A stretch of DNA of 64,000 nt from an uncultured Gemmatimonadales bacterium. Its GTDB lineage: Bacteria > Gemmatimonadota > Gemmatimonadetes > Longimicrobiales > RSA9. Location of the stretch: contig OY970192.1 of assembly GCA_963708135.1 (NCBI GenBank), positions 4,256,001 to 4,320,000 of the forward strand, in the 5' to 3' direction. The notes beneath the pieces were generated by a model. The model was given only the letters and a program-made list of their open reading frames with translations, was not told where the DNA came from and ran no database searches. Positions within the stretch are counted from its first letter, which is position 1. Each line of letters starts with the position of its first letter. The translations under genes and the position numbers were made by a program. Below, piece after piece: positions 11,751 to 22,162 of this stretch.

Positions 11751-12470
11751 CTAGTTCGGCATCTGGCGGCGGAGTGCGGCGAGATGGCGCTGCCAGGACT
11801 CGACGATCGGCTGGAGCATGGCGTTGTAGGTGACGGCCCGCCTCGTGGCGCGCTCCGCTTCGGGGTGGGCGCGGAACCGGCGCGCCAGAGTGGATCCGGC
11901 GCCGCTCCCGGCGCCCTGGGGCGAACGCGCTCCCTGGCCGAGGTTCACGGCGTAAGAGCCGGCGGGATCGAACGCGCGGATGTCCCAGCCGACCTCGCCC
12001 AGCGGGTCCCTGCCCCGCTGCATCACGGTCTCGAGGCTGCGCTCGGCCCAGACCAGCGAGGCGTAATAGGAGAGGATCGCGTCGCGCAGGCCGTCGCTCC
12101 TCAGCACCCGCAGGTTGCCCGTGCTCTTCAGCTCGTCGATTGTCGGCGTGTTCGGCGCGAGATAGGCACCGCGCGTCGCCTCGCTGAACTCCCGCGCCAC
12201 GGTCGAGTCGGGGACGGGGCTGCCGCCGGCCAGGACCGCCAGGAGCTGGCGGGCGGCGGACTCGCCGGCCAGGGCGGAGCGCTGGTACTGCGCCAGCATC
12301 GCGCTGTCCGCGCGCAGGTCGCGGGTGAGCCGCCGGAGGTACTGCGCCTCGAGGCGGCGGTCGGCGCGCTCGGAGGTCCAGTCGCCGACGGCGAGCGCGA
12401 TCAGGACGCCGAGGATGACGACGACAATGTCGCGAGCGAACGCCGACCAGGCGCGCCGGGCGAGCTCCAT
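11751..12470 (-). CDS. DUF6090-like membrane-anchored protein
   Basis: DIVVVILGVLIALAVGDW..E.QYL..L..DL; IDELKSTGNL. Confidence 0.7.
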   Translation of the reverse strand: MELARRAWSAFARDIVVVILGVLIALAVGDWTSERADRRLEAQYLRRLTRDLRADSAMLAQYQRSALAGESAARQLLAVLAGGSPVPDSTVAREFSEATRGAYLAPNTPTIDELKSTGNLRVLRSDGLRDAILSYYASLVWAERSLETVMQRGRDPLGEVGWDIRAFDPAGSYAVNLGQGARSPQGAGSGAGSTLARRFRAHPEAERATRRAVTYNAMLQPIVESWQRHLAALRRQMPN

Positions 12471-12794
12471 TGCGCATTCCTTCCGGCACGCGGCCGTGGG
12501 GGGAGCGGAGGTGCGGGGGTGAAGACGCGCGAAGATAGAGAATCGCCGGGGCGGAATCAAACGGATCGGGATCGGGGCGCGAGGATCGGGGCGCGCGGAT
12601 CCGGGGCGCGCGGATCCGGGGCGCGCGGATCGCGGCTCGCGGATCGGGCGCCGTGCTGCCGGGGGAAGTCCCGGGCGACGCGCAGTCCCCAGTCCCCAGT
12701 CCCGGGCCCCCGAGTGCGTGGTCCCTAGTCGCTCGTGCCTCGATTCCTTACTTTTCGCGGCCACCGAGCTCCTCAACCCGGACCCCTGGCGACC

Positions 12795-14690
12795 ATGCAC
12801 CGAAACACCCTCGCCGTGGCCGCGGCGCTGGCGGCCGCCCTGGCGGCGGCTCCGGCCGCGCGCGCGCAGAAGACGCCGGAGCCGGCGCGGCAGCGGCCGG
12901 CGGCGGTGCGCTATGACGTCGCATTCCCGGATGCGGTGCACCACCAGGTGCGGATCACCGTCACGTTCCCGGGCCTCACGCCGGGCGGCACGCTGGCGGC
13001 GCTCATGCCGCGCTCCTCGCCGGGTCGTTACGCGCTGCACGAGTTCGCGAAGAACGTCTACGACCTCTCGGCGGTGGACGGGCGGGGGCGGCCGCTGCAG
13101 GTGACGCGGGTCTCGACGTCGGAGTGGGACGTGAAGGCGGACGACGGCACCGTCGCCATCAGCTACACCGTCTTCGGCGACCACGCGGACGGCACGTACG
13201 CGGGCATCGATTCGACGCACGCGCACTTCAACATGCCGGCGGCGTTCATGTTCGCGCGCGGGCTGGAGCGCCGGCCGATCCGGATCACGTTCCACCCGAT
13301 CCACGGCTGGAAGATCGCGACCCAGCTCGTCCGCACGGCGGATCCGAACACCTTCGAGGCGCCGGACCTGCAGTACTTCATGGACTCGCCCACGGAGCTC
13401 TCCGACTACACGCTGAGCGAGTGGCACGAGGGGCCGGCGGGCAAGCTGCTCTTCCGCATGGCGCTGCACCACGAGGGCACGGACTCGCAGGCCACGCAAT
13501 ACGCCGCGATGGCGAAGCGCGTGGTCGAGGAGGAGGCCGCGGTCTGGGGCACGTTCCCGCAGTATGACTTCGGCAGCTACACCTTCATCATCGACTATCT
13601 GCCGTGGGTCTTCGGCGACGGCATGGAGCACCGCAACTCGACGCTGATCACGGGCAGCCGGCCGCTCGCGCCCGACGCCGTGCGCAACCTGGGCACCGTC
13701 GCGCACGAGTACTTCCACTCCTGGAACATGGAGCGGCTGCGCTCGAAGGGCATCGAGCCGTTCGACTTCGAGCGCGCGAACATGTCGAGCGGGCTCTGGT
13801 TCGGCGAGGGCTTCACCAACTACTACGGCCACCTGGTGCTGGCGCGCGCCGGCTTCGTTCCGCTCGCCGACTTCGCGCGCGGCGAGGGCTACGCGATCAA
13901 TGCGGTGGTGAACTCGCCCGCGCGCCGCTTCCGCTCGCCGGTGCAGATGAGCCAGGAGGCGCCGTTCACGGACGCCGCGGTCTCGATCGACCTGGTGGAC
14001 CGGCCGAACACCTTCATCTCCTACTATACGTGGGGCGAAGTGGTCGCGCTCGGGCTCGATCTCACGCTGCGCGAGAAGTACCGCACCACCCTCGACGACT
14101 ACATGCGCGCGATGTGGCGCTCCTACGGCCAGTATCAGGAGAACGAGACGCCGCAGCGGCCCTACACCGTGGACGACCTCGAGCGTGTGCTCGGCCAGGT
14201 GACGAAGGATCCCGCGTTCGCGAAGAGCTTCTTCACCCACTACGTCCGCGGCCACGACGTCGTGGACTACGCCGCGCTGCTCGCGCCCGCGGGCCTGCTG
14301 CTGCGCAAGGCGAACGCCGGCCGGCCCTGGCTCGGCCTGGAGTCACGCGGCGTGGCGTTCCGGGACAGCGCCGCCGTGCTCCTGGCGCCCGTCCTGATCG
14401 GCACGCCGCTCTACCAGGCCGGCATCGCCGAGGGCGACCGCATCATGGAGATCGACGGGCAGCGCACCGGCAGCGCGGAGGAGATTGCCGCGGCGCTCTC
14501 CGGCCACCAGCCGGGCGACACCGTGCTCGTCCGCTTCTGGCAGCGCGGCGAAGTGAAGCGGGCGCCGCTCGTGCTGGGCGAGGCCCCGGCGCTCGAGCTC
14601 GTGACCTACGAGAGCGCGGGGATGCCCGTCACCGACGCCATGCGCGCGCTGCGCGAGGCGTGGCTCGGCTCGGCGCGGCACGGAGGTTGA
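12795..14690 (+). CDS. M61 glycyl aminopeptidase with PDZ domain
   Basis: GMEHRNST, HEYFHSWN, LWFGEGFTNYY; C-terminal PDZ (AGIAEGDRIMEIDG). Confidence 0.92.
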   Translation: MHRNTLAVAAALAAALAAAPAARAQKTPEPARQRPAAVRYDVAFPDAVHHQVRITVTFPGLTPGGTLAALMPRSSPGRYALHEFAKNVYDLSAVDGRGRPLQVTRVSTSEWDVKADDGTVAISYTVFGDHADGTYAGIDSTHAHFNMPAAFMFARGLERRPIRITFHPIHGWKIATQLVRTADPNTFEAPDLQYFMDSPTELSDYTLSEWHEGPAGKLLFRMALHHEGTDSQATQYAAMAKRVVEEEAAVWGTFPQYDFGSYTFIIDYLPWVFGDGMEHRNSTLITGSRPLAPDAVRNLGTVAHEYFHSWNMERLRSKGIEPFDFERANMSSGLWFGEGFTNYYGHLVLARAGFVPLADFARGEGYAINAVVNSPARRFRSPVQMSQEAPFTDAAVSIDLVDRPNTFISYYTWGEVVALGLDLTLREKYRTTLDDYMRAMWRSYGQYQENETPQRPYTVDDLERVLGQVTKDPAFAKSFFTHYVRGHDVVDYAALLAPAGLLLRKANAGRPWLGLESRGVAFRDSAAVLLAPVLIGTPLYQAGIAEGDRIMEIDGQRTGSAEEIAAALSGHQPGDTVLVRFWQRGEVKRAPLVLGEAPALELVTYESAGMPVTDAMRALREAWLGSARHGG

Positions 14691-14754
14691 CGGCGGCAGG
14701 GCGCGGGGCGGCGCGGAGGCCGCTCCCGAGTGATCCCGAAACGAGGAGCGAGGG

Positions 14755-15156
14755 ATGAGAGCCAACGTGATGCGGTGGGTGGTTTCAGGGTTTATGCTCG
14801 TGCTGCTGGCGGCGATGCCGGCCCACGCGCAGTCGCTTACCGGTTCCGGCGCCGTGGTGCCGGCGGCTCCCGCGGCGGGGGCGGCCTCCGGCGGCGTGGA
14901 TGCGGCCGCGGCGCTCCGGCCGACCGCCTCGCCTCTTCTGGCCCGCGACGCGGCGGCGCCGCTCGCGCCGGCGCGCGCCGACCTGGCGGATGCCCGCGTC
15001 GCGGAGCGGCTGCACGAGGGCACCGACTTCGCGCTGATGGTGGTCGGCGGCGCCCTCTTCGTGGCGGGCGCGATCATGGGCGGCGACGCGGGCACCGTGT
15101 TCATGGTGGGCGGCGCCGTCATCGGAGCGTACGGGCTCTACCAGTACCTCAGGTGA
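14755..15156 (+). CDS. Hypothetical exported/membrane protein
   Basis: Signal peptide AHA; two C-terminal TM segments; RBS present. Confidence 0.65.
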   Translation: MRANVMRWVVSGFMLVLLAAMPAHAQSLTGSGAVVPAAPAAGAASGGVDAAAALRPTASPLLARDAAAPLAPARADLADARVAERLHEGTDFALMVVGGALFVAGAIMGGDAGTVFMVGGAVIGAYGLYQYLR

Positions 15157-15235
15157 TCGCCGCGGCGGCCCGGCGGCGAGCGCAGCCGCCGGCCGCCGCG
15201 CCCGGGCGGGAACGGCTCCTGCGTTCTCGCCGGGC

Positions 15236-16549
15236 ATGCAGATCCGGAAGTGGTGGGGCGAGATCCGCGACAGCCTGTGGTTCCTGCCGGCGCTGTTCAC
15301 GGTGGGCGCGATCGGGGCGGCCGTGGCGCTGGTTCACGCGGACGAGTCCCTCGTCGGGATGGGACGGATCTCCTACGGCGTGCTGTTCAGCGGCGGGCCG
15401 GAGGCCGCGCGGGCGATCCTGAGCGTGATCGCGGGCAGCATCATCACCGTCACGGGCGTGGTCTTCTCGATCACGATCGTGGCCATCCAGCTCGCCTCCA
15501 GCCAGTACACGCCGCGGGTGCTGCGCAACTTCATGGCGGACCGCGCCAACCAGTGGGTGCTGGCCATCTTCATCGGCACCTTCGCCTACTCGCTGATGGT
15601 GCTCCGCCGCATCCGCTTCCCCGGCGAGCAGGCCACGCTGTTCGTGCCTTCGCTGGCCGTCACGGGTGCGCTGCTGCTCGCGCTCGTGAGCATCGGCTTC
15701 CTCATCTTCTTCGTGAACCACGCCGCCCGTTCGATGCAGGCGTCCACCATCATCGACCGCGTGACCGGGGACACGCTCCGGCGCATCGAGCACCTCTTCC
15801 CCGACCCGGTTGGCGAGGCGATCGAGGAGCCGGCAGAGGCGGTGGTGCCGGACGCGGAGCCGGCGCGCGTGGCGGCGCAGGAGAGCGGCTACCTGCAGGC
15901 GGTGGATGAGGGCGCGCTCTCCGACCTGGCGGAGCGCGGCCGGCTGGTGGTGCGGATGGAGGTCTCGATCGGCGCCTTCGTCCTCCCGGGCGACGCGCTG
16001 GCCAGCGTCTGGCCGGCCGGCGCGCTCGACGAGGCGATGGGGGACGATGTGCGCGGCGCGTTCGTACTGGGACACCAGCGCACGCCGGACCAGGACGTCG
16101 AGTTCGGCGTGATCGAGCTGGTGGACATCGCGCTCAAGGCGCTGTCCCCCGCCGTGAACGACCCCACGACCGCCCTCATGGCCATCGACCGGCTCGGCCA
16201 GATCCTGGTCACCTTCGGCAACCGCAGCCCGCCCCGCCTCGCCCGCGCCGCCGGGGCGGGGGACGGGCCCATTCGCTTCGTTGCGCGTCGCACCGAGTAC
16301 ACCCACGTCGTGGGGATGGCCTTCGACCAGCTCGCGCGCGCGGTGGACGGGAAGGTGGCGGTCGCGCGGCGGCTGCTGGAGACGCTCGGGCGCGTGGCCG
16401 AGAAGGTCCCGCCCCACCGGCGGCCGCCGCTGATGAAGCAGGCGGAGGCCGTGGTGCGCTCCGCCACCCTCACGCTCCACGACCGGGTCGACCTCGACGC
16501 CGTCGAGGCCGCCGCCGCGAGCGCGCGCGCCCGCGCCCGGATCGAGTGA
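15236..16549 (+). CDS. DUF2254 membrane protein
   Basis: LASSQYTPRVL, ALSPAVNDPTTA. Confidence 0.88.
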   Translation: MQIRKWWGEIRDSLWFLPALFTVGAIGAAVALVHADESLVGMGRISYGVLFSGGPEAARAILSVIAGSIITVTGVVFSITIVAIQLASSQYTPRVLRNFMADRANQWVLAIFIGTFAYSLMVLRRIRFPGEQATLFVPSLAVTGALLLALVSIGFLIFFVNHAARSMQASTIIDRVTGDTLRRIEHLFPDPVGEAIEEPAEAVVPDAEPARVAAQESGYLQAVDEGALSDLAERGRLVVRMEVSIGAFVLPGDALASVWPAGALDEAMGDDVRGAFVLGHQRTPDQDVEFGVIELVDIALKALSPAVNDPTTALMAIDRLGQILVTFGNRSPPRLARAAGAGDGPIRFVARRTEYTHVVGMAFDQLARAVDGKVAVARRLLETLGRVAEKVPPHRRPPLMKQAEAVVRSATLTLHDRVDLDAVEAAAASARARARIE

Positions 16550-16562
16550 GCCGGACCGCGTC

Positions 16563-17081
16563 CTACCTGGCGCGCTCGATCCGCTGGCGCCACTCCCGGA
16601 CCACGGCATCGAGCGACTCCGGCCACTCGCCGCGCGCCTCCAGCTCCTCGCGGTGGAACCCGCGCAGGGAGCCGCCCGTCGCGGCGGTGATCGAGCTGTC
16701 CACCCGCGCCAGCACGTCGAAGACGCCGGGCTCGGCGCCCCAGCGCGCCTCGAGCACGGTCCAGAGCGCCGACCGCAGCAGGTAGTACTCCCGGAAGATG
16801 AGGCCCTCGGCGAACCCCGCCGCCCTGCGCTGGTCGCCGTGCTCGGCCGCGGCCATCACCACGGCTCGGAGGGGCGCCTCCGCGAACTCGGTGCATACCG
16901 CGGCTTCGATCACCGCCGCGACGAGATCGGGCAGATGATCGTGCGAGAGCTCATCCGGCAGCTCCAGCCAGTGCTCGGCCTTCCGGATCGTGTCCCAACG
17001 CTCGAGGACGCCGTCCACGATCGGCCCGTTGGCGGCGCGCATCTCCCTGCATATCTCGTCGCGCCGTTCCTGGTCGTCCAC
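16563..17081 (-). CDS. Hypothetical helical protein (RsbRD_N/globin-like sensor domain?)
   Basis: GTG start with GGAAGG RBS; DHLPDL, AAEHGDQRRAAGF, EYYLLR. Confidence 0.55.
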   Translation of the reverse strand: MDDQERRDEICREMRAANGPIVDGVLERWDTIRKAEHWLELPDELSHDHLPDLVAAVIEAAVCTEFAEAPLRAVVMAAAEHGDQRRAAGFAEGLIFREYYLLRSALWTVLEARWGAEPGVFDVLARVDSSITAATGGSLRGFHREELEARGEWPESLDAVVREWRQRIERAR

Positions 17082-17283
17082 GATCCTTCCTCCTTCCGGC
17101 GGTGCTCGCGCCCGGAAGGAACGCAAGACTTCGCCCACCCTCGCTCGCCCGCCCGGGCGCGCGTCGCCGCCGGCGGGGCCGCGACGGGCGCGCACCTCGC
17201 GCGGCGCGCGGCGGCGGCGCTACCTTCCGGCATGCGGCGCCCCCCGCCGCTCCCCCGCCCCCCGCCCCGAGACGCCACGAGCC

Positions 17284-18954
17284 ATGACACGAGCCGCCGA
17301 CCGACAGACGAAGCGCGCGCGGAGGCGCGCCGCCCGCGCGCCGAGGACCCTGCTGCGCCGGGGGCGCCGACCGCTGGCGCGAGTGCTCGCGGCCGCCGCC
17401 GTCGCCTGCGGCACGGCCGCGTGTCACCCCCACATGCCGGGCTCGCCCGCGCCGCGATTCCCGGTCGAGGAGACCACCGTCGCGCGGGTCCACCGGGCCA
17501 TGGCCGCCGGGCAGCTGACGGCGCACGCGCTCGTGCGGGATTACCTGGACCGGATCGCCGCCAACGACAAGCGGGGCGTGTCGCTGAACGCCATCATCGA
17601 GCTCGACCCGCGCGCCCTGGCGGTGGCCGACTCGCTGGACGCGATCTACGCCCGCGCCCACACCTTCGTCGGCCCGCTGCACGGAATCCCCGTGATCGTC
17701 AAGGACAATTACGACACGAGCGACATGCCCACCTCCGCCGGCTCCCTCTCGCTGGCGGACAACCGCCCGGCGCGGGACGCCACGCAGGTGGCGCGCATCC
17801 GGGCGGCTGGCGGCATCGTGCTGGCGAAGTCGAACATGGCCGAGTTCGCCTTCTCGCCCTACGAGACCGTCGGCTCGCGCCTGCCCGGCTATACCCGCAA
17901 CCCGTACGACACCCGCCGGGTCACGGCCGGCTCGAGCGGCGGCACGGCGGCGGCCGTGGCGGCCAACTTCGGCGAGGTCGGCCTGGGGACGGACACCGGC
18001 AACTCGATCCGCGGGCCGTCCTCGCACCAGGCGCTGGTCGGCATCCGCTCGACCATGGGCCTGGCCAGCCGGGCCGGCATCGTGCCGCTCTACCTCGACC
18101 GCGACGTGGGCGGGCCGATCGCCCGCACCGTGGCCGATGCCGCCACCGTCCTCCAGGTCCTCGCCGGCTCCGATCCGCGCGACCCGGTCACCGCCGCCGC
18201 CGACGCGCACGTCCCGCCCGAGGGCTACCTGGCCCACCTGAAGCTCGACGGGCTGCGCGGCGCCCGGATCGGCGTGGTCCGCCAGCTCTCGAACCGCGCC
18301 GGCGCCGATCCCGAGGTGCTCGCCCGCTTCGAGACCGCGCTCTCCGACCTGCGCCGCGCCGGCGCCACGGTGGTCGACTCGGTGCGCATCGCCGAGCTCG
18401 ACACGATCCAGGGGCCGATGTCCTGCCCCCGCTTCAAGCCCGACCTCGAGGCGTACCTCGCCGCCGAGGGGCCGACGGCCCCGGTCCACACGCTCGATGA
18501 GATCGTGAAGAGCGGCAAGTACCACCCATCGATCGGCGCGCGGCTCCGCTCCTACGCCCGCTTCGAGGGCACGCCCGACACCAACGAGACCTGTCGCCGC
18601 GCCGAGGCCGATGCCGCCGAGCTGCGCGCCGGCGTGCGCCGCGTGCTCGCCGCCGACCGCCTCGACGCGCTCGTCTACCCGACCTGGAACGATCCGCCCC
18701 GCCTGATCGGCGACCTCAACACGCCCGACGGCAACAACAGCTACCAGCTCTCGCCGCCCACCGGGTTCCCGGCCATCACCGTCCCGATGGGCTGGGTCCG
18801 CGACGGCACCCTCCCCGTCGGCCTGCAGATCCTCGGCGACGCCTGGACGGAGCCCCGCCTCATCGAGCTCGCCTACGCCTACGAGCAGGCGACGCGCCAC
18901 CGCCGGCCGCCCGCGCTCGACGCCCCCGCCCGCCGCGGACCCACCGCGCCTTGA
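17284..18954 (+). CDS. Amidase signature family protein
   Basis: GPLHGIPVIVKDN, GSSGG, GTDTGNSIRGP. Confidence 0.9.
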   Translation: MTRAADRQTKRARRRAARAPRTLLRRGRRPLARVLAAAAVACGTAACHPHMPGSPAPRFPVEETTVARVHRAMAAGQLTAHALVRDYLDRIAANDKRGVSLNAIIELDPRALAVADSLDAIYARAHTFVGPLHGIPVIVKDNYDTSDMPTSAGSLSLADNRPARDATQVARIRAAGGIVLAKSNMAEFAFSPYETVGSRLPGYTRNPYDTRRVTAGSSGGTAAAVAANFGEVGLGTDTGNSIRGPSSHQALVGIRSTMGLASRAGIVPLYLDRDVGGPIARTVADAATVLQVLAGSDPRDPVTAAADAHVPPEGYLAHLKLDGLRGARIGVVRQLSNRAGADPEVLARFETALSDLRRAGATVVDSVRIAELDTIQGPMSCPRFKPDLEAYLAAEGPTAPVHTLDEIVKSGKYHPSIGARLRSYARFEGTPDTNETCRRAEADAAELRAGVRRVLAADRLDALVYPTWNDPPRLIGDLNTPDGNNSYQLSPPTGFPAITVPMGWVRDGTLPVGLQILGDAWTEPRLIELAYAYEQATRHRRPPALDAPARRGPTAP

Positions 18955-20375
18955 ACCCGGCATCCGCGGCTTCGCGCCCCCGCCGGGCACTGGCGCTGGG
19001 TTGTCTCGTGCTGGCGTCGCTCGCCCACGCCGCGGGCGCGCGGCCGTTGCAGGCGGCGCCGCAGCCGTTGCGGGCTCCGCCGCAGCCGTTGCAGGCGGCG
19101 CCGCACTCCCGCACCGCCGCCGCGGAGCACCGGCGCGGCCCGGCGCAGGCCGCGCAGGCGCCCGACTCGGCCACGGGCCCCGTCGCCGTCCCGCCGGCCA
19201 CCCCGAAGGCCATCCGCTACTACCGCTCGGGCAACGTGCTCTGGGCCGTGGGCATGCTCTGGTCGCTGCTGGTGCCGGCGCTGCTCCTCTTCACCGGGCT
19301 CTCCGCCCGCATGCGCGACGTGGCCGCCCGCGCCGCTCGCGGCCGACGCTTCCCGACCATCGCGCTCTACGGCGTCCTCTTCGTCCTGGCCACGTTCCTC
19401 CTCGACCTGCCGCTCGACTGGTACGCCGGCTTCGCGCGCGCCCACGCGTACGGCCTCTCCACGGAGAGCGCCGGCCACTGGGTGGCGAACACCCTGAAGG
19501 GGCTCGCGCTCTCGCTCGCCGGCGCCGCGCTGCTGCTCTGGATCCCTTACCTGCTGCTGCGGCGGAGCCCCCGACGCTGGTGGCTCTGGGGCGGGCTGCT
19601 CGCCGTGCCGTTCCTGCTGCTCGTGAACCTCCTCGCGCCGATCTGGATCGCGCCGCTCTTCAATCGCTTCGAGCCGATGCAGCCGGGGCCGCTGCGCGCC
19701 GGCATCCTCGCCCTCGCGCGCCGCGCCGGCATCGAGAGCTCGCGCGTCTACGTCGTCGACATGAGCGTCGAGACGAACGCCGTGAACGCATACGTGGCCG
19801 GCGTCGGCGGCACCACGCGGATCGTCTTCTGGGACACGATCCTCGACAGGCTCACGCCGCGCCAGCTGCGCGCCGTGCTCGGCCACGAGATGGGCCACTA
19901 CGTGCTCGGCCACGTCTGGAAGGGCGTGGTCTTCCTCTCCGCCTTCCTCATGCTCTCGCTCTACCTGGCCTACCTGATGGCCGGGTGGGCCATCCGGCGC
20001 TGGACGCGACGCTTCGGCTTCGACTCCCTCGCCGATGTGGCCTCGCTGCCGCTCCTCGTCCTGCTGCTCGGGATGGTCTCCTTCGTCCTCGCCCCCCTGC
20101 CCACCGCCTGGTCCCGCCACCAGGAGCACGAGGCCGACCGCTTCTCGCTCGAGCTGACCCACGACAACCACGCGCTCGCCAGCGCCTTCGCACGGCTCCA
20201 GGCGACGAACCTCGCCGTCCCCGATCCAGGCTGGCTCTACGTCCTCTGGCGCGGAGGCCACCCGTCCCTCGGCGCGCGCATCCGCTTCGCCAACGCCTAC
20301 CACCCGTGGACCGAGGGGCGGCCGGGGCGCTACTCGGACCGCTTCCGCGCGCCGCCGGAGGGGACCCGCCCGTGA
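18951..20375 (+). CDS. M48 (Ste24-like) membrane metallopeptidase
   Basis: NAYVAG, HEMGH, EHEADRF, HPSLGARI. Confidence 0.9.
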   Translation: MNPASAASRPRRALALGCLVLASLAHAAGARPLQAAPQPLRAPPQPLQAAPHSRTAAAEHRRGPAQAAQAPDSATGPVAVPPATPKAIRYYRSGNVLWAVGMLWSLLVPALLLFTGLSARMRDVAARAARGRRFPTIALYGVLFVLATFLLDLPLDWYAGFARAHAYGLSTESAGHWVANTLKGLALSLAGAALLLWIPYLLLRRSPRRWWLWGGLLAVPFLLLVNLLAPIWIAPLFNRFEPMQPGPLRAGILALARRAGIESSRVYVVDMSVETNAVNAYVAGVGGTTRIVFWDTILDRLTPRQLRAVLGHEMGHYVLGHVWKGVVFLSAFLMLSLYLAYLMAGWAIRRWTRRFGFDSLADVASLPLLVLLLGMVSFVLAPLPTAWSRHQEHEADRFSLELTHDNHALASAFARLQATNLAVPDPGWLYVLWRGGHPSLGARIRFANAYHPWTEGRPGRYSDRFRAPPEGTRP

Positions 20376-20579
20376 ACGGACGCGCGCCCGCGCCGCACCC
20401 CGGTGCGCCGGGCGCAACTTGATGGCCACGGTCTGCCCTGTCCCGACGACGGCGATGCCCGGGCCCGCCGCCGCATCCGCGTCCCATCCTCTTCGCGGCA
20501 CTCGACTTGCGCCTCTGGCAAGGCGGTGCCGGCACCCCGGCCGGCCCCAGGGCAGCAACCGCAGCACAGGAGGACCCAC

Positions 20580-21071
20580 GTGTCGAAGGACTCCCTCAGG
20601 AAGCTCTACGTCGATGAGCTGAAGGACCTGCACAGCGCCGAGAGCCAGATCCTCGACGCACTCCCGAAGATGGCCGAGCGCGCCACCGATTCCTCTCTCT
20701 CCGACGCCTTCACCGAGCACCGCCGCCAGACCGAGGAGCAGGTCCGCCGCCTCGAGACCATCTTCGACGACCTCGGCGAGAAGCCCGACGGCAAGACCTG
20801 CAAGGGCATCGCCGGCATCATCTCCGAGGGCGAGGACATGATGAAGGAGGACATGGATGACGATGTCCTCGACGCCGCCCTCATCTCCGCCGGCCAGCGC
20901 GTCGAGCACTACGAGATGGCCGCGTACGGCACCGTCCGCACCTTCGCCCGCGAGCTCGGCCTCCAGCGCCACGCCGAGCTCCTCCAGCGCACCCTCGACG
21001 AGGAGGGCGAGACCGACAAGAAGCTCACCTCCATCGCCGAGGCACGCGTCAACGACGAGGCGCGATCCTAG
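20580..21071 (+). CDS. DUF892/YciF ferritin-like protein
   Basis: ELKDLHSAE, QRVEHYEMAAYGT, LDEEGETDKKL. Confidence 0.9.
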   Translation: MSKDSLRKLYVDELKDLHSAESQILDALPKMAERATDSSLSDAFTEHRRQTEEQVRRLETIFDDLGEKPDGKTCKGIAGIISEGEDMMKEDMDDDVLDAALISAGQRVEHYEMAAYGTVRTFARELGLQRHAELLQRTLDEEGETDKKLTSIAEARVNDEARS

Positions 21072-21458
21072 GCCCGCGACGGTGATCCGCGGGTGAGGGC
21101 CGTTCCCGTCCGGGCTCCCGCGCGCCGGGTCGGCCCGGTCGCGTCCGCCCTCACCCGCGCTTCCCCCGCCCACCCGCGGGTTCGTCGTCGAGGTGACAGG
21201 ATGTCGCCTTCCTCCCGGGACACGCCTTCCCATCGCCCTCGCGCCGGGACGTAACGCCCCGGCCCGTCGAGTCACCTAACCGATTGGCTGTAGCGGAGTT
21301 ACGCGGACATTCCGGGCAGGTCGCCTGCGGTATGTGCGTTGCACCTTCCGCAGCGTCCATTCTGACGGACGGAGCGGGCGCGTCGAAGGGCGGTGGCCCC
21401 GGCGCGGCCGGAATGCGCCCCGTCGCGTGTGCGCCGGGGCGACCTCGACGGAGGGCGT

Positions 21459-22139
21459 ATGAAGAAGACGATGATGGCGACGGCTTCGGCGCTCGTGCTG
21501 GGACTGGCGCTCGCGGCCGGCGCGCAGGCACAGGCGGTGTCGCTTGGGCTCAAGGGCGGGCTGAACAGCTCGACGCTGAAGGGCGCGGACGTGGCGGATG
21601 TGGGCCGGACGGTGTCGGCCCGGCAGGGGTTCGGCGGCGGCGGGTTCATGCAGGTGCGCCTGCACAAGTACTTCGCCGTGCAGCCGGAGGTGCTCTTCAT
21701 GCGGAAGGGCGCGGACTTCGCGGACACCGGCCTGACCGGCAGCTTCAAGGTCGACTACATCGAGATCCCGCTGCTCGCCAGGGTGCTGGTGCCCACGGCG
21801 ACGCCGGTGATGCCGTATTTCTTCGCCGGCCCCGCGCTCTCCTTCAAGTCGAAGTGCAACGTCGAGGCGACGGAGTCGGGGGTCACGGTCAGCGTCCAGT
21901 GCGATGATCCGTCGCTCGGTACCAACCTGAAGTCCACGGACTTCTCCGGGACGTTCGGCGGCGGGTTCGACTTCGACGCGCGCTTCGCGGTGCTCAGCCT
22001 GGACGCGCGCTACACCGTCGGCTTCACGAAGATCGCGGACCAGTCCGCGAACAACGACGTCAAGAACCGGACGTTCTCGGTGATGCTCGGCGTGGCGATG
22101 CCGCTGACCACGAGGACCTTCGCGCTCCGCAGCCACTGA
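21459..22139 (+). CDS. PorT-like outer-membrane beta-barrel
   Basis: Signal peptide; GLKGGLN, VQPEVLF..KG, DYIEIPLL, DARYTVG. Confidence 0.8.
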   Translation: MKKTMMATASALVLGLALAAGAQAQAVSLGLKGGLNSSTLKGADVADVGRTVSARQGFGGGGFMQVRLHKYFAVQPEVLFMRKGADFADTGLTGSFKVDYIEIPLLARVLVPTATPVMPYFFAGPALSFKSKCNVEATESGVTVSVQCDDPSLGTNLKSTDFSGTFGGGFDFDARFAVLSLDARYTVGFTKIADQSANNDVKNRTFSVMLGVAMPLTTRTFALRSH

Positions 22140-22162
22140 GGCGGCGGCGCGGGAGCTTTGAC

